A stretch of DNA of 64,000 bases, taken from positions 800,001 through 864,000 of the forward strand of contig CAWBZV010000005.1 in assembly GCA_963793305.1 (NCBI GenBank), in the 5' to 3' direction. The stretch's first letter is position 1, and each line of letters begins with the position of its first letter. Source of the stretch: an uncultured Gemmatimonadales bacterium. GTDB lineage: Bacteria; Gemmatimonadota; Gemmatimonadetes; Gemmatimonadales; Gemmatimonadaceae. The notes under the pieces were generated by a model. It had not been told where the DNA came from. It ran no database searches and saw nothing but the letters and a program-made list of their open reading frames with translations. Positions 49,352-60,488 of this stretch are shown in pieces. The position numbers were made by a program, and so were the translations under genes.

Positions 49352-50809
49352 CGGGCCTCCACGAGCACGCGATCGTGCAGTCCCAGCTTATCCGCGACGC
49401 GCCGTCCGTAGTCGGGGTCGGCATTTGCGAAGTGCGCGAGCTGCCGGCGCTGGACCTCGAGGCGGGCCTGGCCAAGCGCTCGCGCGATGCGCGTCGTGAG
49501 ACGATCACGGTGGCCGTCATCGAGCAACCGGTAGAGATCACCCGCCTGCGTGAAATCGTCGTGTCCCGTCGAATCGAACCGGTCCGCGACGACCGCTGCC
49601 AACCTGCCACGCGGGATCGCCGTACGCGGCATCGGGCGTCGGCGTCCCGGCGATGCTGTTCGGCCAATAGTTCGGGCGATCCCCGTACGGAGCCGTTGCC
49701 AGCGCACCGTCGCGAATATAGTTGGCGACGCTCTGCCGTGGCGCGTTGACCGGTACCTGGTGGTGATTCACGCCGAGGCGATGCAGGTGCGCGTCCGCAT
49801 AACTCACCAGGCGCGCTTGCAGCATCTTGTCCGGGCTCGGCCCCACACCCGATACGAATGCACTCGGCTTGAACGCGGCCTGCTCGACCTCGGCGAAATA
49901 GTTCTCGGGATTCCGATTGAGCTCGAGCGTGCCGACCTCGATCAGCGGAAACTCGTGGTGCGGCCAGACCTTCGTGAGATCGAACGGATTCCACCGGAAC
50001 GTCTCGGCCTCTTGTGCGGTCATGACCTGGATCGACATGCGCCACCGCGGATGGTCGCCGCGCCCGATCGCGTCGAAGAGATCCCGCTGGTGACTCTCGC
50101 GATCCTGCCCGATGATCGCCGAGGAGTCCTCGTCGGGGATCGTATCGATGCCCTGGAGCGTCCGGAAATGGAACTTGCACCAGACGCGCTCGCCGTGCGC
50201 GTTGACGAGCGAGTAGGTATGACTGCCGAACCCGTGCATGTGCCGATAGCTCGTCGGAATGCCGCGGTCGGAGAAGAGAATGGTGACCTGATGCAGCGAC
50301 TCGGGGCAGAGCGACCAGAAGTCCCACTGCATGTCCATGTCGCGCAGGTTCGTCTTCGGGTGCCGCTTCTGCGTGTGAATGAACATCTGGAACTTGTACG
50401 GGTCGCGCACGAAGAAGACGGGCGTGTTGTTCCCGACGAGATCCCAATTCCCTTCGTCCGTGTAGAACTTGAGCGCGAATCCGCGCACGTCTCGCTCGGC
50501 GTCCGCCGCGCCGCGCTCGCCCGCGACCGTCGAGAATCGCGCGAACATCGGGGTCGACTGGCCGACGCGCGAGAAGAGCGCCGCACGGCTGTAGCGCGTG
50601 ATGTCCCGCGTCACCGTGAAGGTGCCGTAGGCGCCGGATCCCTTCGCGTGCACGGGCCGCTCGGGAATGCGCTCGCGGTTGAAGTGCTGCATCTGCTCGA
50701 TGAGCTGGACATCCTGCATCAGCACGGGGCCGCGGGGGCCGGCCGTCAAGGCCTGCTGGACACCGATCGGCGCGCCGTTGGCGGTCGTGAGGACGGGCGG
50801 TTTCTCCAT
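49348..50809 (-). CDS. katA: Monofunctional heme catalase, +1 frameshift at ~49600
   Basis: [35 protein letters not shown]; the C-terminus ([11 protein letters not shown]...ADPDYGRRV) is in the next frame. Confidence 0.93.
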
Positions 50810-50834
50810 GTGGCGGAGGCTAGTCGCGGCGCCT

Positions 50835-50882
50835 ATAGTTGTCCAATATGGATTATCTCCGGCAGCGATAGGTACAAACTAT
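50835..50882. promoter_or_regulatory. OxyR/LysR boxes between catalase and oxyR
   Basis: ATAG-N7-ATAT (50835-50849) and ATAG-N7-CTAT (50868-50882). Confidence 0.6.
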
Positions 50883-51783
50883 GGAATTGCACCAGCTGCG
50901 GTACTTCGTGGCCACGGCCGAGTGCGGCAGTGTCAGCCGCGCCGCCGAGCGATGCTTCGTCGCGCAGCCGTCGCTCAGTCAGCAGCTCAAGAAACTCGAA
51001 CAGGAGTTGGGCACGATATTGTTCGACCGGCTTGGCCGCGGCGTGGCCCTCACCGATGCGGGGCGGGCGCTGCTGCCCCGCGCCCGTCGCATTCTGGCCG
51101 ACATCCGCGAGACGGAGACGAACCTCAAGCGCGAAGCGGAGGACGGCCCCGGGACGCTCATTGTCGGGGCGATTCCGACGATGGCGCCGTATCTCCTCCC
51201 GCCGGCGCTGCGCGCACTGCGTCGCGCATATCCCACGTGCGCCATCTCCGTGCGCGAGGACCTGAGCGAAGCGCTGGTGGACGCGCTCGAGAACAACGAG
51301 CTCGATTGCGCGCTGGTGAGCACGCCGCTCGATGACGCGCTGCTCGACGTGGAAGTGATCGGTGAGGAGGAGCTACTCGTCGCGCTGCCGCGGCATCATC
51401 CGGCCGCCACACGCGCCGAGCTCCGCGTATCGGAACTGCGCGGCGAGCCGACGGTGGCGCTCGCCGACATGCACTGCTTGAGCCGCCAGATCGACCACTT
51501 CTGCTCGACGCGACACATCGCCACTCAAGTCGTCTGCCGCACGACCCAGCTCTTCACGATTACCGAGCTGGTCTCCCTAGGCCTCGGCCTCTCGCTCGTG
51601 CCAGAGATGGCGGCGGCCGCGGATCGCTCCGATCGCTGTCGCTACCTTCGTCTGCGGCCGGGCAAGCCGGTCCGCCAGATCGCCGTCGCGTGGCGCACCG
51701 GGCGGACTCGGCCGGTGGCGGCGGTCCGATTCATCGCGGCACTCACCGCGCGCCTCGGGGCAGGGCGTCATGCCAGTCCGTAG
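50881..51783 (+). CDS. oxyR: LysR-family H2O2 sensor OxyR
   Basis: LysR HTH; HCLSRQIDHFC (C-x8-C redox pair); divergent from catalase. Confidence 0.8.
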   Translation: MELHQLRYFVATAECGSVSRAAERCFVAQPSLSQQLKKLEQELGTILFDRLGRGVALTDAGRALLPRARRILADIRETETNLKREAEDGPGTLIVGAIPTMAPYLLPPALRALRRAYPTCAISVREDLSEALVDALENNELDCALVSTPLDDALLDVEVIGEEELLVALPRHHPAATRAELRVSELRGEPTVALADMHCLSRQIDHFCSTRHIATQVVCRTTQLFTITELVSLGLGLSLVPEMAAAADRSDRCRYLRLRPGKPVRQIAVAWRTGRTRPVAAVRFIAALTARLGAGRHASP

Positions 51784-51828
51784 CGAACGGTCTTCGAGCC
51801 GGCTCACCTTGCTTTGGTGTCTTGACGA

Positions 51829-53070
51829 TCACACAACACGCCACCACGGGACGGCCAGGATCCGCTTCGCGATCCAACTCACCTCCGTCCCGGTGTGGAG
51901 GAGCAGTCCGCCCCGTGCGTCGGGCGCATACTCTTGCATGAACGCCGAGAGGTGCGCGACGTCCTTCGTCGACGGCCGCGTCGTGGCCTTGACCTCGATT
52001 GGAAGCAGGCCACGCTGATGCTCGATAACAAAGTCCACCTCTTCGCCTGACTGCGAACGCCAGTACAGCACGTCGGCTGGCCGCAGTTGTCCTCCGCGCC
52101 ATGCGAGCAGGTCGCAGAGGATCAGATTCTCCAAGTGCGCGCCAGTCGGCGCTTGGTCGCCGGCAAGAAACCGGACCAAGCCGACGTCACTCCAATACAT
52201 CTTCGGCGTCTTGATGAGGCGTTTGGTTCGATTGACCGCGTACGCGGGAACCCGAACGAGCTGGTAGGACGCCTCCAAGACGTTGAGGTACCGATGCACG
52301 GTTGGCTGCGGCAAGCCAACGTCGCGCGCCAGGTCAGTCTGATTGACCAGTCCGCCAATGCGTAGCGCGACCGCCCGCATGAGGCGTCGAAAGTCCGGCA
52401 GATGCTCGATGGACCGGAGGTCAGGGACGTCGCGCTCCAGGTACGTTTTCACGTACCCATCAAACCACGTCGCGCGCTCGGCGGCGGTCCGAAGGAAATG
52501 CGCCGGCCGTGGCAACCCGCCGCGCGCCGCGAGCGCAGTCCACTCTTCCTTTCCGCCGTCATCGGCGCGCACGATGTCGAACCACTCGCGTGGCGTACTC
52601 TCGACCAAATGATCCCAGATGCCGGGGCTTCCCCGGCCCATTTGCTCGCGGCGGGTGAGGGGCCAGATCGTCAGATAGCCCGCTCGTCCGGCGAGGGTGT
52701 CGGCCACGTGACGAACGAGCGCCAGGTTCGCCGAGCCGGTGACCGCGAATTGGCCGGGCTCCCGCTGACCGCCTTCGTCGACTACTCGCTTGATCGCCAA
52801 CAGCACATCCGGGGCCCGCTGCACCTCATCGATCGTCATGCGCGGCGCACGCCGGACGAGATCGTCCGGCGAGTCGCGCGCGGCATTTCGGACATCGATG
52901 TCGTCGAGCGTCACGTACAGCCGATCCGCGGCCACGAATGGCTGACGAACCAGTGTGCTTTTGCCCGTTTGTCGAGCACCAGTCAATACGGCGACCGGCT
53001 GCACGGCGAGCAGTTGCTGGAACGCTACGGCAGAGTATCGTGAGAGTAGTGTGTGTTGCATAGTATACAT
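51829..53070 (-). CDS. AAA_14 ATPase + DUF4143 protein
   Basis: GARQTGKST, IDEVQR, YLERDV, EVDFVI...PIEVK. Confidence 0.9.
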   Translation of the reverse strand: MYTMQHTLLSRYSAVAFQQLLAVQPVAVLTGARQTGKSTLVRQPFVAADRLYVTLDDIDVRNAARDSPDDLVRRAPRMTIDEVQRAPDVLLAIKRVVDEGGQREPGQFAVTGSANLALVRHVADTLAGRAGYLTIWPLTRREQMGRGSPGIWDHLVESTPREWFDIVRADDGGKEEWTALAARGGLPRPAHFLRTAAERATWFDGYVKTYLERDVPDLRSIEHLPDFRRLMRAVALRIGGLVNQTDLARDVGLPQPTVHRYLNVLEASYQLVRVPAYAVNRTKRLIKTPKMYWSDVGLVRFLAGDQAPTGAHLENLILCDLLAWRGGQLRPADVLYWRSQSGEEVDFVIEHQRGLLPIEVKATTRPSTKDVAHLSAFMQEYAPDARGGLLLHTGTEVSWIAKRILAVPWWRVV

Positions 53071-53218
53071 TCAGTCGAAGAATGGTAATCATTCAACGTG
53101 TGAATATATACCGTGAACTCTCGCCCGGTGCGAATCGGTCTGCGGAACATGCTCCCCATTGTGGGAATGCCCTCGCTCGTCCCCGCGACGTATCGTGTAT
53201 GACAAGGAGGTAATCGAG

Positions 53219-54124
53219 ATGCAATCCACCCAGAATATTGCGGTCCTGGGCGTCGGTACGATGGGATCGGCGTTCGCCCGGAGACTCCTCGGTGCGGGAA
53301 TGCGGGTGACCGTGTGGGACGTGTCACACGCCGCGGCCGAGCGGCTTGCGACAGCCGGCGCCCGGGTCGCGGTGACGCCAGAAGACGCCGTGCGCGACGC
53401 CGGTGTCGTGCTCACGATGGTGCCGACGATCGCGTCGATCGAGGAAACGATGCCACGCGTGCTGGCCGCGTTGCCCCCTGGCGCGATATGGTTGCAGATG
53501 AGCACCATCGGTGTCGACGGAACCGAGCGTGCCATGGCGCTCGCTGAGGCGCATCGAAGCGACGTTGTGTTCGTGGATGCGCCCGTGTCCGGATCAAAGA
53601 CCACAGCGGAAGAGGGGAAACTGCTCATTCTCGCATCCGGACCCGCCGCGGCACTCGACGCACTGGCGCCAGTGTTCTCGGTGCTCGGTCAGAAGACGAT
53701 GCGATGGGAGCACGCTGGTTCCGGCTCGAGCATGAAGCTCGTGCTCAACACCTGGCTCGCCGTGCTCGACGAAGGCATCGCCGAGGTGGCCGTGCTCGCC
53801 CAATCGCTCGACGTGTCCTTGAGCGATGTCTCGGCGTGCATCGGATCCACCGCGCTCGATGCACCATGGGCACTCGCGAAGTTGGACAAGATCGAACGCG
53901 AAGCCTTCGATCCCGACTTCTCACTCGCACTGGCCTCGAAGGATCTGCACCTCGCCCTCGACGCCGCGAACCGCTCGCACCGGCGGCTCCCGATGACGCA
54001 ATCGATCGCGACACAGTGGGAAAGCGCCCTGCAATCGGGCTTGGGCGATCGCGATGTGAGCGGCGCGTATCTGGCGCTCACAACTCCGGCGGTCACTCCT
54101 CCGGTGCCCCGGCCGCCCGGCTGA
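53219..54124 (+). CDS. NAD(P)-dependent beta-hydroxyacid dehydrogenase
   Basis: GVGTMG, DAPVSG, KLVLN, KDL. Confidence 0.9.
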   Translation: MQSTQNIAVLGVGTMGSAFARRLLGAGMRVTVWDVSHAAAERLATAGARVAVTPEDAVRDAGVVLTMVPTIASIEETMPRVLAALPPGAIWLQMSTIGVDGTERAMALAEAHRSDVVFVDAPVSGSKTTAEEGKLLILASGPAAALDALAPVFSVLGQKTMRWEHAGSGSSMKLVLNTWLAVLDEGIAEVAVLAQSLDVSLSDVSACIGSTALDAPWALAKLDKIEREAFDPDFSLALASKDLHLALDAANRSHRRLPMTQSIATQWESALQSGLGDRDVSGAYLALTTPAVTPPVPRPPG

Positions 54125-54939
54125 CCTGGCGCACCGGATCGGGAATCGTCGACGGCAACACGTAGGTGAGCGGGTCGACGATCGTGCCGTTCACGTGCAC
54201 CTCATAGTGCAAGTGCGGACCGGTCGCGAGCCCCGAATTGCCGACTTCGGCGACCGGTTGGCCGCGCACAACCGGTTGCCCGATGCGTACGAGGAAGCGC
54301 GACAGGTGGCCGTACTTGGTCACGATGCCGTTCCCGTGGTCGATCTCGAGCACCAGTTCCGTACCCGCTGGCCGTTCCGACGCGGATCACCGTACCGGCA
54401 GCCGGTGCCACGACCGTCGTCCCATAGGGCGCGGCGACATCGATGCCCAAGTGCGGCAGATACTTGTGCAGAATGGGATGAAACCGGCTCAGCGAGAACT
54501 GACTCGTCAGCCATCCGGCCGTCGGCATGATCGATGGGGTACGCGCCACCCTGTCCGCATCAGCGTGCAGCTTCGCGGCGACCCGGTCGAGGTTGACCGA
54601 CAGTTCGTCAGCGCGATGGATCAAGAGCTCGACGGAACCGCCGGTGTCCGTCGGCGGCGCGAGAGCCGTATCGAGCCCGGCGACAATTCGGAGCGCGGTC
54701 GTCTGTCGATCGAGTGAGGCGACCGAGTCGCGCAGCAGCGTGATCGCCGTCGCGGGGAGAACCTGAACCTGTCGTCGTCCATGCGCCATGCCGATCGTCA
54801 CCGCGAGGCCAAGGACACCGGCGAGTCCCACGCCGACGAGCCAACTCGATCCGGCGATCAGGCGCGACGACACGCGAAGCGTGCGCGGCGCAGCCGTGTC
54901 CTCACCGACAATTACCACCGTCCATCGCCGCGTGCGCAT
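54093..54939 (-). CDS. M23 metallopeptidase, +1 frameshift at ~54357
   Basis: HLGID, YGHLS, GPHLHYEV. Confidence 0.85.
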
Positions 54940-55017
54940 ATATTGGGCGACGACTGGAACGGAGCGCTGTCACCGTACACCGTTCGTCGTCGATTTCCGG
55001 CAGTTCATCGCGTCCTA

Positions 55018-55834
55018 ATGCCAATTCCTTATCCGCGCATCCCGCCCGACATCATCCACGTGGGCCCGTTCCGCCTCCGGTGGTACGGCGTCATGTACTT
55101 CGTCGGGTACGTCGTCGGAGTCGTATTGGCGCGCCGCCGCATTCGATCGTGGCCGGTCACTGCTCACCCGGGAGCAGATCGACCAGCTGATCACGTATGT
55201 CGTGATCGGGATGCTGATCGGCGCGCGGCTCGTGTACGAGTTCGTCTATAGCCGCACCGATCTCGCGCATGACCCGATCGAGATCGTCCGTGTCTGGAAC
55301 GGCGGCTTGTCGTTTCACGGCGCGATCCTCGGTATGGCGCTCGCCAGCGGCCTCTTCGCCCGACGCGCCAAAGTGCCGTGGCTCGGAGTCACGGATACGA
55401 TCGCGGTGTGCGGTGCGCCGGGACTGTTCTTCGGACGCATCGGCAACTTCATCAATGCGGAGCTGTACGGGCGTCCGAGTGCCGTACCGTGGGCGATGAT
55501 CTTTCCCACCGACCCGACGCATCTGCCGCGTCATCCCTCGCAGCTCTACGAGGCGGTCGGTGAAGGCATCATCGTCGCCGCGATCGTGTGGTGGGTCGAT
55601 GCCCGGAGCCATGCGCGGGGATGGTACCGTCCCGGGACGCTCACCGCGACGTTCTTGATGTCATACGGCGTGGTCCGGTTCGGTCTCGAGTTCACCCGGC
55701 AGCCGGATGCACAGCTCGGATTCGTGCTCGGAAGTTTAAGCATGGGACAGCTCCTCTGTCTCGCGATGATCATGCTCGGCGCGGCCGTGGCCATCGCGAC
55801 GGGCCGTCGTCGTGGAGAGCCGTTCGTGGGCTGA
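55018..55834 (+). CDS. lgt: Prolipoprotein diacylglyceryl transferase, +1 frameshift at ~55143
   Basis: RWYGVMY, GARLVY, GGLSFHG, GRIGNFINAELYG, RHPSQLYE, EFTRQPD. Confidence 0.9.
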
Positions 55835-55892
55835 TCGAGACCGTTCGTCGTAATTCGATGGACGCCCGCCGCCGCCGCCCCGAGTATGAGGC

Positions 55893-56801
55893 ATGGTGCG
55901 GCGGGATGCGTGGATGGTCGGTGCGCTGCTCGCGCTTGCCGCGGGCGTGATCGCGCTCCTCGAGCACGCGCGGGAGAGGACACACACGGTCTATCACGGT
56001 CGATCGTTGGCGGAGTGGCTCCTCGCCATCGGCGACCGCCAAGCGGGCGTGCGTGACACGGCAGCATATGCGTTGACGCGACTCGTCCCTGCGTTCCCGG
56101 CGGCGTTGCCATCGGTAATCAGAGCCGAGGCAGACCTCCTCGGCGACGCGGACGAGGAGGTGCAGGCGGAAGCGACCGCGGCGCTCATCGCCGTCGGCCC
56201 CGGCTCTGACACCACCGTGCCGACCATGATCGGGGTGCTCGCCCGCGATCCGAACGCCTCCGCCCGCGTGCACGCCGCGCAGGTCCTCGGCGCGCTTGGC
56301 CAGCTCTCCCGTGCGGCCATCCCGACCGTCATTGGCGCGCTCTCCGATTCGAATGCCTCCGTGCGGCTGGTGGCGGTGAATGCGCTCGGTCGGATTGGTC
56401 TGCCCGTTGACCAACTCCGCATCGTTGCCCGGGTCTCCACCGACCGCGACCCCGCCGTGCGCGCGGCCGCGGTCGAGGCCTTGATCGCGCTGCATGCACC
56501 AGCGGAGACGCTGCGCGCGATCGGCGAGCGCGCCGCTCAGGATCCGGACGCGGTCGTCCGAGTCGAGGCCGCGTATGCCCTGGCGAGCAGCGGCAGCCCC
56601 GCGCGCGTCGTTCCGCGCCTGGTCGCGGCATTGGACGACGCCGATCCCTCGGTGCGTACAGCGGCAGCGACCGTGCTCGGGCGTCTCGGGCCCGAGGCCA
56701 GCAGCGCGATGGTTGCGCTCCAGCGCGCCGCGACCGACAGCGATCGCGAGGTGCGCGCCGTTGCGACACAGTCCTTGCGCGCGGTGCGTCGGACGCCATG
56801 A
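55893..56801 (+). CDS. HEAT-repeat protein
   Basis: Repeated D.D..VR..AA.ALG units; N-terminal TM segment. Confidence 0.85.
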   Translation: MVRRDAWMVGALLALAAGVIALLEHARERTHTVYHGRSLAEWLLAIGDRQAGVRDTAAYALTRLVPAFPAALPSVIRAEADLLGDADEEVQAEATAALIAVGPGSDTTVPTMIGVLARDPNASARVHAAQVLGALGQLSRAAIPTVIGALSDSNASVRLVAVNALGRIGLPVDQLRIVARVSTDRDPAVRAAAVEALIALHAPAETLRAIGERAAQDPDAVVRVEAAYALASSGSPARVVPRLVAALDDADPSVRTAAATVLGRLGPEASSAMVALQRAATDSDREVRAVATQSLRAVRRTP

Positions 56802-57580
56802 CCAGCGACACACTCACGGTTGTCGTCGCCGACGACGAGCGCCCGGCGCGCGCGTTTCTCGCGGCCACCGTGCGCACGATCGCCGAGGCGGAGCTCGTGG
56901 GCGAGGCGTCGGGTGGTGCGGAAGCGGTCGCGCTCATCGAGCGTGTCCGGCCGGACCTGGCACTCCTCGACCTCCACATGCCGGAGATCGACGGGCTGGC
57001 GGTGGTCCGTCTTGTGAGACCCGACTGCTTGCCGCTCATCGCGTTCGTCACCGCCTACGACGAGTACGCCGTGCGGGCATTCGAGTTGAACGCCATTGAC
57101 TATCTGCTCAAGCCGGTGGAGCCGGAACGCATTCGCCAGACAATCGTGCGAGCGCGCGAGCAGCTGGCCATGCACCTCACCGGGCGCGAGGCGGATCGGG
57201 TGCAGGCCGCGGCGGGAGCGGTCGAGCGGACCGCACCGGAGCAGTATCTCCTCCGGATCCCCGTTCGGTACCATGACGACATCATCCTGCTGCCCGTGGA
57301 ACGGATCATCGCCATCGAATCCGATCGCGACATCGTGTACCTGTCCAGCACGGCGGGCGATCAACACACGCTGCGCTACCCACTCAAGGATCTCGAGGCG
57401 CGGCTCGACCCGCGGCAATTCATCCGCGTATCGCGCAGCGCATTGGTGCGCGTCGACGCGGTACGTCGCGCCAGTCCGTTGCCGAACGGGTCGTACATGC
57501 TGGTGCTGACGAACAACCAACAGGTCCAACTGAGTCGCGCGCGCGCGCAGGTGCTGCGCGATGTGCTGTTTCGGATCTGA
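56798..57580 (+). CDS. LytTR-family response regulator
   Basis: ADDE, LDLHMP, TAYDEYA, DYLLKP, FIRVSRS. Confidence 0.92.
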   Translation: MTSDTLTVVVADDERPARAFLAATVRTIAEAELVGEASGGAEAVALIERVRPDLALLDLHMPEIDGLAVVRLVRPDCLPLIAFVTAYDEYAVRAFELNAIDYLLKPVEPERIRQTIVRAREQLAMHLTGREADRVQAAAGAVERTAPEQYLLRIPVRYHDDIILLPVERIIAIESDRDIVYLSSTAGDQHTLRYPLKDLEARLDPRQFIRVSRSALVRVDAVRRASPLPNGSYMLVLTNNQQVQLSRARAQVLRDVLFRI

Positions 57581-57700
57581 GTTTCGTCCGTTGATCTCGG
57601 CCATTCGTGGGCTCGAAACGACGGATCGTACGATAGTGATAGCGCTAACCGCCGTACCGCCGGACACTTCCCGCCGTCGCTCTCTCTTGGAGATAGTTGC

Positions 57701-60079
57701 ATGGTCGCGCGTATCGCCCTCCTCGTTGCCGTTCTCGCCAGTCCCGCTGCCGGTGCGACACCCGCCAACGGCGACGTGTCCGGCACTGTGACCGACAGCT
57801 TATCCGGCAACCCGCTGCAGGGGGTTGAGGTTGTCGTGGAGAAGGGCACCGCGGTCGTCGCGCTGACGAACACCGATCCGTTCGGTCGATACCGGCTGCA
57901 CAACATTGCCACCGGCGACTACACGATCATTGCCCGCTTCATTGGCTACCAACAGCAGACGAAGCCGTTGACCATCTCCGGCGACCAGACCGCGGACTTC
58001 CACATGGTTGTCGCCCCGGCCTCACTCCAGCAGGTGGCCGTGACAGCCCAGGCGCCGGTATCGGTCGATACCCGAAGCGGCGATCAGACGTTCAACCAGA
58101 ACGACTCGCACTACACCCCGACGACCACGACGTCGCAGGTCGTGCAGCAGGCCATCGCGGGAGCCGCGCGCGCGCCGACCGGCGAAGTCCACATTCGCGG
58201 CCAGCACGCCGAGTACACCTACTATGTGGACGGAGTACCGGTGACGTCGGGCGTGTCCGGCAGCTTGAACGAGTTGTTCGATCCAGCCGTGGTGCAGCGC
58301 ATCGACTTCATCACCGGCGGCTGGGACGCGGCGTACGGCGAGAAGAGCGCCGCGATCATAAATATCCAAACCCGAGTCCCCACCGGCGCGTTCCACGCGG
58401 ATGAGGCGACCTATTTCGGGTCGTACAACTCGCTCGGACAGTCGCTCAGCATGAGCTCGAACCAAGGAAAATTCGCTTGGTTTGCCTCCGGTACGGCGCA
58501 GGGCACGGATATGCGGCGCGAGCCGGTCGAGGGCACCCCGAACAACGTGCCGATCAACTTCAGCAACCACGGGGACGACTACTTCGGGTTCACGAAGTTC
58601 CAGTATCTAGCGACCGACCGCGACATCATTACGCTCGACGGCAACTACTCGATGTCCTTCTTCCAGATCCCGTACGACTCGGCGCTCGGGACGGTCTTGC
58701 ACGACCACGAGACGGACGTCAACGACTTCATCAATCTCGCGTACCGGCACCGGTTCGGTGATAACACGACCACGACCGAGCGCGGCATGCCGAACGAGTT
58801 GTTCGTCGGAGGCTTCTTCCGGAACGGCGGCCTGCAATATCGGCCGGGCTCAACCGACGTCCCCACGTATGTCGACGCCGAGGATCCGACGCTGACGCCG
58901 CGAAACGTGTTCGAGGACCGGAAGTTCAGCGTCATCGGCCTCAAGACCGACTTTGGGTTCCCGATCGCTCCAGGCATAGTCGATGGCCAGGTCGGTATCC
59001 TCACCTCTCGCACGTTCGGTCATGAGAACTTCCAATTGACCGACCCGACCGGGAAAGAGGGCAACATTGGAGCGAACTCCGGGTTGTCGGGCGACGATTT
59101 CGCCGCCTATGTGGAGACCTCGATCCGCCCGGCCGAGTGGTTCGAGCTGCGCACGGGCGTGCGGTTCAACAGCCACGTCGCGCCGTTCGCCGGCAATCAG
59201 GAGCAGTGGAGCCCGCGCATCCGCCTCAACTTCTTCCCCGATCCATCGAACACCGTCTTCGCGTACTTCGGGCGGCTTTTTCTTCCGACGAACATCGAGG
59301 ATCTGCGGTCGATCACGCTGTCGGACACTGGTGCTGGAAACGTCAAGGCGAGCGCGACGCTGCCCGAGCGCGACGCGTTCTACGAGGTAGCCTGGATCCA
59401 CCGGTTCCCGCTCGGGTTCGTCACGAAGCTCGACGGCTACTGGAAGGACTCGAAGCCTGGCATCGACGACAATACGATCCCGGGATCGGCGATCACGACC
59501 GATGTGAACCAGGGTGACTCGCACGTCCGCGGCATCGAGGCGGTCGTCACTGCGGTCCCGCCGGGCTCTCCGCTCTCAGGGTACGTCAACTTCGCCCTCA
59601 ATCACGGCTACGCAAACCCGCCGGTCACCGGCGGTTTCTTCCAACTCGCGCAACCGAACACGACGTTCGACTTCGACCACGACCAGCGCGTCTCAGTCGT
59701 GGCCAATCTGCTGTACACGATCGGACGAGCGTACGTGAGTACGACGGGCATCTACGGCTCCGGCCTCACGAATTCGTTCAGTCCCGATACCACGGTCAAG
59801 ACGACGATAGGAAAGCCGGGCCAGCCGAACTACGTGCCCGGCTCTAACCTCTACTGTAACGGGCTCCTGTGCTTCAACTCGGCGTTCAAGGTGCCGCCGA
59901 GCTACATTCAGCAATGGGATCTGGGGTATCAGTTCCAGTTCGGGCGGACGACCGTGCGGCCGGACTTCTTCGTCGACAACGCCTGGGACAACCACTACGC
60001 GCTCAAGGGCGCGTTCTATAGTGGCCCATTGATCGGCCGTCCCCGCACGTTCACCGGCCGGGTCAGCATTGGGATCTAG
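57701..60079 (+). CDS. TonB-dependent receptor with carboxypeptidase-regulatory-like domain
   Basis: Signal peptide, HIRGQHAEYTYYVDGVP, GGWDAAYG, HDQR, C-terminal PRTFTGRVSIGI. Confidence 0.88.
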   Translation: MVARIALLVAVLASPAAGATPANGDVSGTVTDSLSGNPLQGVEVVVEKGTAVVALTNTDPFGRYRLHNIATGDYTIIARFIGYQQQTKPLTISGDQTADFHMVVAPASLQQVAVTAQAPVSVDTRSGDQTFNQNDSHYTPTTTTSQVVQQAIAGAARAPTGEVHIRGQHAEYTYYVDGVPVTSGVSGSLNELFDPAVVQRIDFITGGWDAAYGEKSAAIINIQTRVPTGAFHADEATYFGSYNSLGQSLSMSSNQGKFAWFASGTAQGTDMRREPVEGTPNNVPINFSNHGDDYFGFTKFQYLATDRDIITLDGNYSMSFFQIPYDSALGTVLHDHETDVNDFINLAYRHRFGDNTTTTERGMPNELFVGGFFRNGGLQYRPGSTDVPTYVDAEDPTLTPRNVFEDRKFSVIGLKTDFGFPIAPGIVDGQVGILTSRTFGHENFQLTDPTGKEGNIGANSGLSGDDFAAYVETSIRPAEWFELRTGVRFNSHVAPFAGNQEQWSPRIRLNFFPDPSNTVFAYFGRLFLPTNIEDLRSITLSDTGAGNVKASATLPERDAFYEVAWIHRFPLGFVTKLDGYWKDSKPGIDDNTIPGSAITTDVNQGDSHVRGIEAVVTAVPPGSPLSGYVNFALNHGYANPPVTGGFFQLAQPNTTFDFDHDQRVSVVANLLYTIGRAYVSTTGIYGSGLTNSFSPDTTVKTTIGKPGQPNYVPGSNLYCNGLLCFNSAFKVPPSYIQQWDLGYQFQFGRTTVRPDFFVDNAWDNHYALKGAFYSGPLIGRPRTFTGRVSIGI

Positions 60080-60097
60080 GCGTCGCCCGATCGGCGG

Positions 60098-60401
60098 CAT
60101 GCTCGCCAGCCTCATGTTGGCGTTCGTGCTTGCCGTTCAGAGTGGCATCGTGTGTCCGGACCGGACGCACCATCACGGCGAGTCCATGGCGATGCACCAT
60201 CATACGCCACGAGCGCCAGTCGAAACGGCGCATATCCCGCTCTGCTGTTGGGCATTGGCCAACTGTACGTCGCCGGCAGCGCCGGCCCCGCGCGGTGCGG
60301 TGTACCCTGATGCATTGCGCACGCGAGAGACGCCAGTCTTCGCAGTAGTGGCGCCGCGCCCGCTCGCGTTCGCGCCCGAAACACCGCCTCCGAGAGTCTA
60401 G
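60098..60401 (+). CDS. Small His/Cys-rich exported protein (DUF2946-like)
   Basis: THHHGESMAMHHH...CC...C and C-terminal PETPPPR. Confidence 0.55.
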
Positions 60402-60488
60402 CACCCACCCCTCGTGGCCCATCCGCTCCGGCACAACGGCCGGCGTGGCGTGTGGCCATTTCAGGCGTGACTCTTGAGACTCCACTCA

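Noticed and set aside
49550..51265. 571-aa plus-strand ORF and similar long antisense ORFs (18689-19780, 43131-44186, 56537-57667)
   Set aside because: Shadow ORFs opposite well-supported genes in high-GC DNA; no motifs.
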